DNA from: Gemmatimonadota bacterium
Lineage (GTDB): Bacteria > Gemmatimonadota > Gemmatimonadetes > Palauibacterales > Palauibacteraceae
Assembly (NCBI GenBank): GCA_039587755.1
Contig: JBDHBD010000021.1
Span: 8,027 to 72,026, forward strand
Length of the DNA stretch: 64,000 nucleotides
Direction of reading: 5' to 3'
In this document: piece after piece, positions 1 to 9,201 of the stretch
Layout: every line of letters starts with the position of its first letter
Numbering within the stretch: the first letter of the stretch is position 1
Position numbers and translations under genes: made by a program
The notes under the pieces: generated by a model
What the model was told of the DNA's origin: nothing
The model's input: the letters and a program-made list of their open reading frames with translations, nothing else
Databases searched by the model: none

Positions 1-866
<866 letters not shown>

Positions 867-1012
867 CGGTGCCTCCCTTTGTTCGGTCCAGTGCGAACAG
901 CACCCCTATTTTGAACCCGCTGCGGGCTACGGGAAAGGCGTACCCGCGGGTCGCGCGTCCGTGCACGTCTGGGAACCGAGGCTGGCCTTCGGCGGTGACG
1001 GTGCCGGGCACG

Positions 1013-1042
1013 AAAAAAGAGGCGCGGGATAACCCGCGCCTC
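1013..1042 (-). terminator. rho-independent terminator downstream of gltA copy 2
   Basis: On the minus strand: GAGGCGCGGG-ttat-CCCGCGCCTC hairpin followed by TTTTTTCG. Lies 50 nt after the stop of the 1094..2422 gene. Confidence 0.6.
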
Positions 1043-1093
1043 TTCCCTCAGTTCGACCGCGCGCGGCGGTCGGGTCAAGTAAACTTCCGCCGA

Positions 1094-2422
1094 TCAGTGG
1101 ACGCCGGCCTTGACCTCTTCGGCCTCTTCGACCTTCTTGGGTGAGCGTTCGTCGGCGCCGGTGTAGACCTGCCGTGGACGGGCGATCCGCTGGTCTCCGT
1201 CCTCCAGCATCTCCTGCCACTGCGTCAGCCAGCCCACCGTGCGCGGGATCGCGAACAACACCGGGAACATCGACACCGGGAAGCCCAGCGCCTGGTAGAT
1301 GATCCCCGAGTAGAAGTCCACGTTCGGGTACAGCTTCCGGCCCACGAAGTACTCGTCCTCCAGCGCGATCTTCTCCAGCTCGACCGCGATGTCCAGCAGC
1401 GGGTTGCGGCCGGTGACGGCGAACACCTGCTCCGCCATCTCGCGCAGGATCTTGGCGCGCGGGTCGTAGTTCTTGTACACCCGGTGACCGAAGCCCATGA
1501 GCCGGAAGTCTCCGGCCTTCACACGAGCCACGTAATCGGGGATGTTCTTCACATCACCGATCTCGCTCAGCATGCGGAGGACTTTCTCGTTCGCGCCCCC
1601 ATGCAAGGGCCCGTACAGGGCCGCTGCCGCCCCGGCTACCGCACAGTACGGATCGGAATGCGAGCTTCCGATGCCGCGCATCGTATTCGTGCTGCAGTTC
1701 TGCTCATGGTCGGCGTGCAGGATGAACAGCACCTCCAACGCCTTCTCGAGCACCGGGTTGGGCTCGTATTTCAACTCGGTTGCCTTGAACATCATGTTCA
1801 AGAAGTTGCCGGTGTAGCTGAGGTCGTTGTCCGGATGCACATACGGCATCCCGAGGCTGTTCCGGAACGCCAACGCGGCCAGCGTCGGCATCTTGCCGAC
1901 GAGCCGCTTGATCTCGAGAGCCCGGACTTCGGGATCCGCGATATCGCGCGCCTCGGGGTAGAAGGTGGATAGCGCTGCCACCGTACTCACCAGGATTCCC
2001 ATCGGGTGAGCGTCGTATCGGAAGCCGTCCATGAACTTCTTGATCTTCTCATGGACCATGGTGTGGTGCGTGATCTCCCACACCCACTCCTTTAACTCGG
2101 CCTCGCTGGGTAGGTCACCCTTCAGGACCAGGTACGCCACTTCCAGAAACGTGTAGTTCTGTGCCAGATCCTGGATCGGGTAGCCCCGGTAGCGCAGGAT
2201 TCCGCGCTCCCCGTCGACAAAGGTGATCGAGCTCTTGCACGACGCGGTGTTTCCGAACCCCGGGTCGTATGTGAGAAGCCCAAAGTCCTCTTCATCCACC
2301 TTGATCTGACGCAAGGCAGTAGCTGGAATGGTGGCCCCGTACTTCGGATAGGTGCCGTACGTGATCGGCAGCTCATAGGTTTTGCCCGTACGGTTGTCAG
2401 TAATGGTCAGGCTGTCAGGCAC
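1094..2422 (-). CDS. gltA: citrate synthase (hexameric type II)
   Basis: Full-length match to citrate synthase sequence motifs (…GYPIQDLA…HADHEQNCSTNTMR…GFGHRVYKNYDPRA…). GTG start at 2422 preceded by GGAAGGAGG; the long N-terminal extension in ORF 1094..2644 is rejected. Confidence 0.9.
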   Translation of the reverse strand: MPDSLTITDNRTGKTYELPITYGTYPKYGATIPATALRQIKVDEEDFGLLTYDPGFGNTASCKSSITFVDGERGILRYRGYPIQDLAQNYTFLEVAYLVLKGDLPSEAELKEWVWEITHHTMVHEKIKKFMDGFRYDAHPMGILVSTVAALSTFYPEARDIADPEVRALEIKRLVGKMPTLAALAFRNSLGMPYVHPDNDLSYTGNFLNMMFKATELKYEPNPVLEKALEVLFILHADHEQNCSTNTMRGIGSSHSDPYCAVAGAAAALYGPLHGGANEKVLRMLSEIGDVKNIPDYVARVKAGDFRLMGFGHRVYKNYDPRAKILREMAEQVFAVTGRNPLLDIAVELEKIALEDEYFVGRKLYPNVDFYSGIIYQALGFPVSMFPVLFAIPRTVGWLTQWQEMLEDGDQRIARPRQVYTGADERSPKKVEEAEEVKAGVH

Positions 2423-2784
2423 TTGTGCCTCCTTCCTGCAACTCGGGTCCGGTGGCCGGGGCGGGCCGGGACCCGGTCGCATACACGGGGTTGCGGCTGC
2501 CCTCGCGAGTCCGGCAGATGCGCGTGCACCACCCGGTCGCGCAGACAACCGATGGACAGAGAGGCAAGGGCCGTGCGCGCCGTCCGGTTGTTCGCCGCCC
2601 GGTGGGGCGAGCGCCGCGGTGGGCCTTTCTGCCCGTCGCATCAAGCCTTAGGCGACCCCACCCGAGGAATCTGCAACCGACCGGACACGGCCAGGGATCC
2701 CGTGCTCGGGGCAAAAAGTCGCAGCGTAGGCCAACGGGCGGGGTGGTTTTCCCCCTTGAGGGACGGGCTTCGCGACGGGGAGGG

Positions 2785-3645
2785 TCACGCGGCGTTTGCC
2801 TCGTTACTCAGGCTGTCGAGCAACGCTCGCGAGCGATCCGCGCGCGCGGTCCAGAAGCGGGCGATGTCGGCCGTGATCTCCGACCATCTCCCATGCAGCT
2901 CGACCCACCGTCGTGCCTCGGCCGCCAGCCAGCTGAGGGTGGCCGCCGCATCCTGTCCGAGGAGTGCCTCGAGCGCGTACTTCCGCTCTCCCGCACGCAA
3001 CCCCAGACCGAGCTCTTCGGCCGCCCGTCGAAGATCGGATCGCACGAGTATCAGGCCGCTCCGCACGGGGCTCAGCAGAGAAGGAACGAATTCTTCGGGC
3101 GACTCCTGGCGCGGATCGGGCAGCGCGGGCGCATCCCGAAGGTGCAGGGGCAACCGCTGCGGGCCGCCCACACGGCTCGCTTCCTCGCGCAGTGCCGCGT
3201 CCAGGACGTTGGCCCACGCGGCGTAGAACCCATCGTGGAGCTGGGAAGTCTTGGCCAAGAAAGCCGGGAGAAAGCTCAGAAGATGCTCCCACAGAAACGT
3301 GTGCCGTACGCGGCGAGCCGCCTGTTTCTCTCGCTCTGAGCCGGCTTCACTCTCCAGCTCGCACAGCTCCGCGTAGCTCGCGAGCATCACGGCCAGGTGA
3401 TCGGGCTCGGGGGGTGGTGCCTCGCCCAGCGCGCGCCAGAAGCCGGCAATTCGGTCTCGAGCCTCTCCACCCAGCATTCCTTCCAGACCGAGATATACGG
3501 AGGCGTACGGATACAGCTGGAACTCGAAAAGCTCGGTGTAGACCGTGTCGTCCGGGACGGGACCGAGGCCCAGCAGATCGGCCAGCCGCTGAGAGGCGGG
3601 CGACGGGGGCTCGACGAGATAGCCGAGCGTTCGAAACAGCTCCAT
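2785..3645 (-). CDS. TorD/DmsD-family cytoplasmic chaperone for molybdoenzyme maturation (putative)
   Basis: 286 aa, acidic helical protein with TorD-like pattern (…ELFEFQLYPYASVYLG…), located immediately downstream of the Mo-bisPGD catalytic subunit gene. Family assignment is from motif memory only. Confidence 0.5.
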   Translation of the reverse strand: MELFRTLGYLVEPPSPASQRLADLLGLGPVPDDTVYTELFEFQLYPYASVYLGLEGMLGGEARDRIAGFWRALGEAPPPEPDHLAVMLASYAELCELESEAGSEREKQAARRVRHTFLWEHLLSFLPAFLAKTSQLHDGFYAAWANVLDAALREEASRVGGPQRLPLHLRDAPALPDPRQESPEEFVPSLLSPVRSGLILVRSDLRRAAEELGLGLRAGERKYALEALLGQDAAATLSWLAAEARRWVELHGRWSEITADIARFWTARADRSRALLDSLSNEANAA

Positions 3646-3661
3646 CGTTGCGCGTCTCGCG

Positions 3662-6595
3662 TCAGTCCGCCGCCACGGGCTCGAGGCGGTAGGCCTGCTT
3701 CACCGGCTTCACCGGTCGCATCAGCCAGTGAGGGCGCCGCGTTCCGTCGGGTGATACCTGACGGGCCGAGCGTGTCTTGGCCAGCCATTTCTGGAACACG
3801 CGATGCGCCTTCTCGGTGTCGACCGCGATGTCTCCGTAGCGATCGCCCGACTCGGCGCGCCGCACCCGCACCGCCTGGTGCCAGCAATGCATCCCGGAGA
3901 TCGGGTCGGGGTGCACCGGGAAGGTGAGGTTCTGGTGCACACCCACGTCGGTCCACCAGATGCGTCGCGTGTCGGGATCGTCGGAATCATACGGACGGGC
4001 GCCGCGTTTCCGACCCATTCGCCACCCCGCCCCCTCCCGGTCGAGCTTGACCGTCGCCATCAGCTGCCGCTGGCCCTCATCCCCCAGTTTCCAGCGTCCC
4101 ATGTGATGGCTGCAGGCCACGACGCCCGGGCGGATCCCCTCTGTCACCCACGCCTTCACGACGAAGTAGCCGATCTCCGTCTCCACCCGCACCAGGCCGC
4201 CGGTCTTCATGCCCAGCGGGGCCGCGTCTTCCGGGTGGAGCCACAGCGGGTTCGTGTGGGCGATCTCGTCCAGCCATTTCGCGTTCGCGCTCCGCGTGTG
4301 GATCTGGACGGGAAGGCGGAACGTGGAGATCAGGACCTTCTGGTCCTCGGCCAGCACCTCGGGGTGGACGTGGCTCTTGATGTAGGTCGGCAGGGCGTAC
4401 TCCGGCCATCCCCAGCGCACGAGGGTCGGGGAGTAGAACTCCAGACGGCCGCTCGGGGTGGGAAAGCCGCGCACCACCTTGCCGTTCTGATGCACACCGG
4501 CCAGCCGACGCCCCTCGGCATCCGGCTCGGGGCTTCCCGTCGGGGCCAGATTCAGCGCGGCCGGTTTGGGGGCGTGCGTCCACACGCGTCCGAGTTCATC
4601 CTCCACCGCGTCCTTCAACTCGTCCCGGCCGACCTCTGCCTCGTACAGAGGTCCGATGTCGCGGGCGACCTCGAACGCGCCGTAGCGGCGCATGTAGGCC
4701 AGCGGGTCCAGTCCCTCTCGCTCGGCCGCCTCCGGAAGGCCAGGCACCGAGTTCTCGAAGATATAGCGGTAGTACTCGTCGACGCTCAACCGCTCGCCGG
4801 GGCGCTCGGCGGACTCGACGAACTCGCGGATTCCCAGCTCCCCGTCCGGATCGATGCGCCACGAGAGCTCGAGCCAGAACTCGTTCTCCTCCCACACCTC
4901 ACCGGGGTTCGTGTGGCGCGTGTCTCCGACGGCTTCACCCATGCGCTCGCGAGCCGCCCGCAGCACGGGCTGACGAAAACCGATCCACTGACCGTCGTGC
5001 GTCTCGTACGAGTGTATGTCGTGCCGTTCCGGCCCATGCCCCATGGGCAGGATGTAGTCGGCGAAGTAGGCACTCTCGTTCCACGTCGGTGTGAGAGCGA
5101 CGTGCAGGCCCACCCGTCTTTCGTCGGTCAGCATCTCGAGCCACGAGAAGCCATCCGGGTTCGTCCACACGGGGTTGTAGACGCGGGTGAAGTACACATC
5201 GAGCTTGCCTCGACCGTCCCGCACCAGATGCGGAAGCAGGAAGGAGAGCTCGTACATGGTGAGCGGGTACTCTTCGGGCCACGTGAGTCCGTTCCACGTC
5301 TCGGGGTGGCGAGGCAGACGGATTGGACGCGGTACGAACTTGTTCCACGCATTCGGATAGAGGCCGCCCGGTGTGGCCACGGCCCCCAGGAGGGCGTTGA
5401 GGAAGAAGAGGGTACGCGATACCTGCCACCCGCCCTCGTTCCCAGCGGCCGCGCTTCGCCAGTTATGGGTGGCGAACCGGGTGCCTGCCGTGGCGACGGT
5501 CTCCGCCACCTGACGCAGGACATCGGCCTCGATCCCCGATTCCTCGGCTGCATACTCGAACGTGTAGTCGGCGTACAGCCGCTTCAGCTCGTCCTCGAAT
5601 CGCTCGAAGGTTGGCTCGGCCTCCGGACGGGCCGCCTCCAGGTACTGCCGCCAGTTGAACCACCGCCGTACGTAGTCTCGGTTGTAGAGGTCGTTCTGAA
5701 TCAGGTGGTTCGCGATTGCCAGCAGCACGGCGGCCTCGGAGCCCGGGAACGTGGGCAGCCAGTAGTCGGCGTGGGTGGCGGTGTTCGAGAGACGGGTATC
5801 TAGCACGATGAGCTTGGCCCCCGCCTGCTTCGCCTCGGAGATCCGCTGCGCGTGGGGGTTGAAGTAGTGGCCCGTCTCCAGGTGCGAGCTTACCAGCAGT
5901 ATCACCTTCGCGCGGCTGTGATCGGGGCTCGGACGGTCGATCCCGCACCAGAACTGATATCCCGCACGCGCGCCGGACGAGCAGATGTTCGTGTGAGAGT
6001 TGTGGCCGTCCACCCCCCAGGCGGCCATGATCCGCTCGGTGAAGCCATCCTCCCCTGGACGACCCACATGGTACATGACCTCGCGGTGGCGACCCTCCTG
6101 AATCGCCTTTCGGATGCGCGCCGCTAGATCGTCCAGCGCTTCGTCCCAGCTCACACGGGTCCACTTCCCTTCCCCTCGCTCACCGCCTCGCTTGAGCGGA
6201 TACAGAATCCGATCCGGATCCGTGATCTGATTCCGGGTCGCGGGACCCTTAGCGCAGTTCCGCCCACGGGAGCCCGGATGTTCGGGATTGCCCTCGAACT
6301 TGCGGATCTCGAACGTCTCCCGGTCCACGTAGGCGAGAAGCCCGCACGCCGACTCGCAGTTGAAGCAGGTGGTGGGGACCAGCATGAATCGGCGCTCCAC
6401 CCGCTCGGGCCAGGCCCTGGAGTCCAGCTCGACCCAGTCGTCCCACCGCTCCCTGGGCGGGAAGGCCGCGAGGTGGACGCGGCTCGGGCCCGGATAGAAC
6501 GTCTCGCCGCGGGCCTCGGTCTCGGCCCGCGCGGCGCTCACTCTTCGGTTGACGTCGCTCAGATCCATCGCAGGTCTCCGGCGCGTTCCCGACAT
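3662..6595 (-). CDS. molybdopterin (Mo-bisPGD) oxidoreductase catalytic subunit, PsrA/PhsA/SoeA-like, no evident Tat signal
   Basis: 977 aa with the N-terminal C-x2-C-x3-C…C [4Fe-4S] motif (CFNCESACGLL…GRNCAKG) typical of complex-iron-sulfur molybdoenzymes. No twin-arginine motif with a hydrophobic h-region. Alternative start at 6568 (MDLSDV…, GGAGA RBS). Confidence 0.8.
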   Translation of the reverse strand: MSGTRRRPAMDLSDVNRRVSAARAETEARGETFYPGPSRVHLAAFPPRERWDDWVELDSRAWPERVERRFMLVPTTCFNCESACGLLAYVDRETFEIRKFEGNPEHPGSRGRNCAKGPATRNQITDPDRILYPLKRGGERGEGKWTRVSWDEALDDLAARIRKAIQEGRHREVMYHVGRPGEDGFTERIMAAWGVDGHNSHTNICSSGARAGYQFWCGIDRPSPDHSRAKVILLVSSHLETGHYFNPHAQRISEAKQAGAKLIVLDTRLSNTATHADYWLPTFPGSEAAVLLAIANHLIQNDLYNRDYVRRWFNWRQYLEAARPEAEPTFERFEDELKRLYADYTFEYAAEESGIEADVLRQVAETVATAGTRFATHNWRSAAAGNEGGWQVSRTLFFLNALLGAVATPGGLYPNAWNKFVPRPIRLPRHPETWNGLTWPEEYPLTMYELSFLLPHLVRDGRGKLDVYFTRVYNPVWTNPDGFSWLEMLTDERRVGLHVALTPTWNESAYFADYILPMGHGPERHDIHSYETHDGQWIGFRQPVLRAARERMGEAVGDTRHTNPGEVWEENEFWLELSWRIDPDGELGIREFVESAERPGERLSVDEYYRYIFENSVPGLPEAAEREGLDPLAYMRRYGAFEVARDIGPLYEAEVGRDELKDAVEDELGRVWTHAPKPAALNLAPTGSPEPDAEGRRLAGVHQNGKVVRGFPTPSGRLEFYSPTLVRWGWPEYALPTYIKSHVHPEVLAEDQKVLISTFRLPVQIHTRSANAKWLDEIAHTNPLWLHPEDAAPLGMKTGGLVRVETEIGYFVVKAWVTEGIRPGVVACSHHMGRWKLGDEGQRQLMATVKLDREGAGWRMGRKRGARPYDSDDPDTRRIWWTDVGVHQNLTFPVHPDPISGMHCWHQAVRVRRAESGDRYGDIAVDTEKAHRVFQKWLAKTRSARQVSPDGTRRPHWLMRPVKPVKQAYRLEPVAAD

Positions 6596-6653
6596 CGACG
6601 CGCCATCGCGAATCTCCTATGTGAACGCCTGCGGCTGGCTCGCAGCCTGCCCA

Positions 6654-8273
6654 TCATGCCAACGGCACCGATTGCCCTGCCTGCACGTACGCGTGCTCGA
6701 ACGCCAGCAGGCCGATGAGCGCCGCCGGGCCGGCCACGACCCCGATCCACGGTGCCGCCACGCCGACCAGCGTCAACACGATCCCGACCCAGAAGAAGCC
6801 GCGGTACCGGCCGCGAGTCATCTCGTGCGCCGCCAGGTGAGCGTGTGCCGTCGCGTGTGTGATGGTTGTCTCGCCCGCCACCATGAGGAGGTGGACGAGG
6901 CTCGCACCGGCAAGCAGCCACAGCAGTGGTGTGACTTCTGTCGGGTCGAGCCAGACGGCCACCGGCACCAGCGCGCCCGCTCCCGCCAGGACACCCTGAA
7001 CGAGCAGGTGGGGCGGAAGCAGCGGGTTTTGCCACAGATCGCGTGCTTTCGCCTGGGCGAACAGGTAGGCCGTATAGACCGCTGTGAGCGTGGCGAGCGG
7101 CAGCCCGGCGAACATGAGCCCCCACACCAGCTCGGCACGACCGAACAGGACGCCGAGCAAGTGGAGAGCCAGCACGATGCCGTATCCCCCTACGATGAAG
7201 GCGCCACGGACCAGCCAGCTCTCCCAGCGCCGCCTGGTGAAGATCATGTAGAACCGCTCGGGGTGCTCCAGATCCCAAATCAGCAAGCCACCAGTGAAGG
7301 CCAGGAAGGCGGCGCCGACCACCGGGACACCCCATCGCCAGACGGGGCTCTCCGCATTGATCCAGCCGGCCAAAAGGGCCAGTACGGCCACCAGATACGC
7401 GCCCGCCGCGACCCCCTTGGTCAGGGTGTAGAGGCTGACCCGCCAGTCCCAGGGCATCTTGTGGGGAACGTCGTAGGCCAGCACTGCCGCCGCGGCCGTG
7501 TTGGTGGGACTGACCGGGCCCGCATCGGCCACACGACCGGCCCCCGGCCGCTCGTTCTTGTCGCCGGCGTTCCGACCGTTGTCGGACCCGTGCCCGGGGT
7601 GACCGGAAACCACGTGGCGCAGACCAGTCGTCTGCTCGCTCCACATGAACAGATCGCCCGGCGGCCTGAGCGCCGCGATCGGGTTCAGCGTCGCCTCGTG
7701 CGCGCCCGTATAGAACAGCTTTGGATGCGTCTCCTTCTGGGAACGTCTGACCGAGACGGGCTGACGGTGCACGATACGCGACACCTCGGAGCCCGAATCT
7801 CCCAGATCGCCCACCAGGATCGCCTCCACGGGACACACAACGACGCACGCGGGCTCCAGGCCCATATCGATGCGGTGCGCGCAGAAGTTGCACTTCTCCG
7901 CCGAGTGGTCCTCCGGGTTGATGAAGATCGCGTCGTACGGACAGGCGGCGATGCACGCCTTGCAGCCGATGCAGATGGACTTGTCGAAGTCGACGATCCC
8001 GTCCGCCCGCCGGTACATGGCTCCGGTCGGACACGCGACCGCGCAGGGCGCGAGCTCGCACTGGTTGCAGCGTGTGACCTGGAAGGCACGGCGCGCCTCA
8101 GGGAACACGCCGATGTCCACGTACTTGACGTAGGTCCGGTTGACGGAGAGCGGGACTTCGTTCTCGGACTTGCAGGCGGTGCTACAGGCGTGGCACCCGA
8201 TGCACCGGGTATGATCGACGACCTTGGCCCAGCGCACGGGTGGGGCGCCGGCTTCGGCAGCGGTTGTCGCCAT
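6654..8273 (-). CDS. fused 4x[4Fe-4S] ferredoxin-like subunit + NrfD/PsrC-type integral membrane quinone-interacting subunit
   Basis: N-terminal ~200 aa carry four Cys clusters (CIGCHACSTAC, CNQCELAPCAVACP, CIGCKACIAACP, CNFCAHR…CVVVCP). C-terminal ~330 aa form ~8 predicted transmembrane helices. ATG at 8273 preceded by GGGAG. Confidence 0.75.
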   Translation of the reverse strand: MATTAAEAGAPPVRWAKVVDHTRCIGCHACSTACKSENEVPLSVNRTYVKYVDIGVFPEARRAFQVTRCNQCELAPCAVACPTGAMYRRADGIVDFDKSICIGCKACIAACPYDAIFINPEDHSAEKCNFCAHRIDMGLEPACVVVCPVEAILVGDLGDSGSEVSRIVHRQPVSVRRSQKETHPKLFYTGAHEATLNPIAALRPPGDLFMWSEQTTGLRHVVSGHPGHGSDNGRNAGDKNERPGAGRVADAGPVSPTNTAAAAVLAYDVPHKMPWDWRVSLYTLTKGVAAGAYLVAVLALLAGWINAESPVWRWGVPVVGAAFLAFTGGLLIWDLEHPERFYMIFTRRRWESWLVRGAFIVGGYGIVLALHLLGVLFGRAELVWGLMFAGLPLATLTAVYTAYLFAQAKARDLWQNPLLPPHLLVQGVLAGAGALVPVAVWLDPTEVTPLLWLLAGASLVHLLMVAGETTITHATAHAHLAAHEMTRGRYRGFFWVGIVLTLVGVAAPWIGVVAGPAALIGLLAFEHAYVQAGQSVPLA

Positions 8274-8337
8274 CAACGATTCTCCCGAGAACCGGGCGTC
8301 CCACCCGCGGGGTACGCCCGGTGGATGGCCGTCGAGC

Positions 8338-8916
8338 TTAGATGAAGAGCGACGACTTCGCCGTGAGAGCGCTACCCAGGAACGTGCCGACGCCGCCGTG
8401 CTCGATGTCGTCCATCAGCTCTTCGTCGCGGATCCCCATCACGTTCTGCGACATGTCGCACGCGATGAACGTGACGCCGAGATCGCGCGCTAGCTGCATC
8501 ATCTCCTCGAGCGACTGCACGTTCTCCTGCTTCATCATCGCCCGCAGCATCTTGGCTCCGACGCCGAAGTAGTTCATCCGCGACGCCGGCAAGCTCTTCG
8601 TGCTCCCGGGAGCCATAACCCCCATCATCTTCTGGAAAAACCGCTTGTCCGAGAGCACCGTGTCCTTCTTGAGCGCAGTCAGCCCCCAGAAGGTGAAGAA
8701 CATGTCCACCTTCTGCCCCATCGCGGCTGCCCCGGTGGCGAGCACGAAACTGGCTAGCACCCGGTCCAGGTCCCCGGAGAACACGACCATCGAGACTTTG
8801 TCCTCGGGTTGCGCCTCCTCGAGCTCGGAGATCCGGCTCTCGAGCGCGTCCAGCCGCTGGGCCAGGCCTGTTGTCTCCCCCGTGCCGAGTGTGGAAGCGA
8901 TGTTGTCGACTGGCAT
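8338..8916 (-). CDS. DsrE/DsrF-like (DsrE2/TusD-like) sulfur-relay family protein
   Basis: 193 aa from ATG 8916 (RBS GGGAGGAAAG). Sequence …MVVFSGDLDRVLASFVLATGAAAMGQKVDMFFTFWGL… resembles the DsrE/DsrF-like family. The N-terminal 48 codons of ORF 8338..9060 are rejected. Confidence 0.6.
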   Translation of the reverse strand: MPVDNIASTLGTGETTGLAQRLDALESRISELEEAQPEDKVSMVVFSGDLDRVLASFVLATGAAAMGQKVDMFFTFWGLTALKKDTVLSDKRFFQKMMGVMAPGSTKSLPASRMNYFGVGAKMLRAMMKQENVQSLEEMMQLARDLGVTFIACDMSQNVMGIRDEELMDDIEHGGVGTFLGSALTAKSSLFI

Positions 8917-8935
8917 GCCACTTTCCTCCCGCAGG

Positions 8936-9187
8936 TTATGCACCCTTCTTGACGTAGTGAATGTAGAGGTGGGTGCCGCTCTCGTCGACTGTCTCCTGGT
9001 CGAGCAACTCCATGTCCTTGGCCACCTTGGCCCACCCCTGGAAGTCCTTGATCGAGCCACGGTCCGTGGCTGTGATCTTGAGGATCTGGCCCGGATCGAG
9101 GGCCATGAGCTCCTTGCGCGCCATCACCACGGGCATGGGGCAGTTCATCCCACGCGCGTCCAGCTCTTTGTCGAAAGTCATCTCCAT
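8936..9187 (-). CDS. tusA: TusA-family sulfurtransferase
   Basis: 83 aa MEMTFDKELDARGMNCPMPVV… with the conserved CPxP active-site motif. RBS AAGGAG 8 nt upstream of ATG 9187; the larger ORF 8936..9571 is rejected. Confidence 0.75.
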   Translation of the reverse strand: MEMTFDKELDARGMNCPMPVVMARKELMALDPGQILKITATDRGSIKDFQGWAKVAKDMELLDQETVDESGTHLYIHYVKKGA

Positions 9188-9201
9188 CGTGTTCTCCTTG
9201 T

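Noticed and set aside
1094-2644. 74-codon N-terminal extension of citrate synthase (MMRRAERPTA…)
   Set aside because: Pro/Ala/Arg-rich extension with no homology. The GTG at 2422 has a GGAAGGAGG RBS and aligns with the start of the paralog.
3803-5803. 666-aa + strand ORF inside the Mo-oxidoreductase gene
   Set aside because: Antisense shadow ORF (Arg/Pro/Gly-rich, no domain) of a clearly homologous minus-strand gene.
6549-8345. 598-aa + ORF and the 500-aa minus-frame ORF 6559..8061
   Set aside because: Both overlap the FeS/NrfD gene in alternative frames. Only the 6654..8273 frame carries ferredoxin Cys motifs and TM helices.
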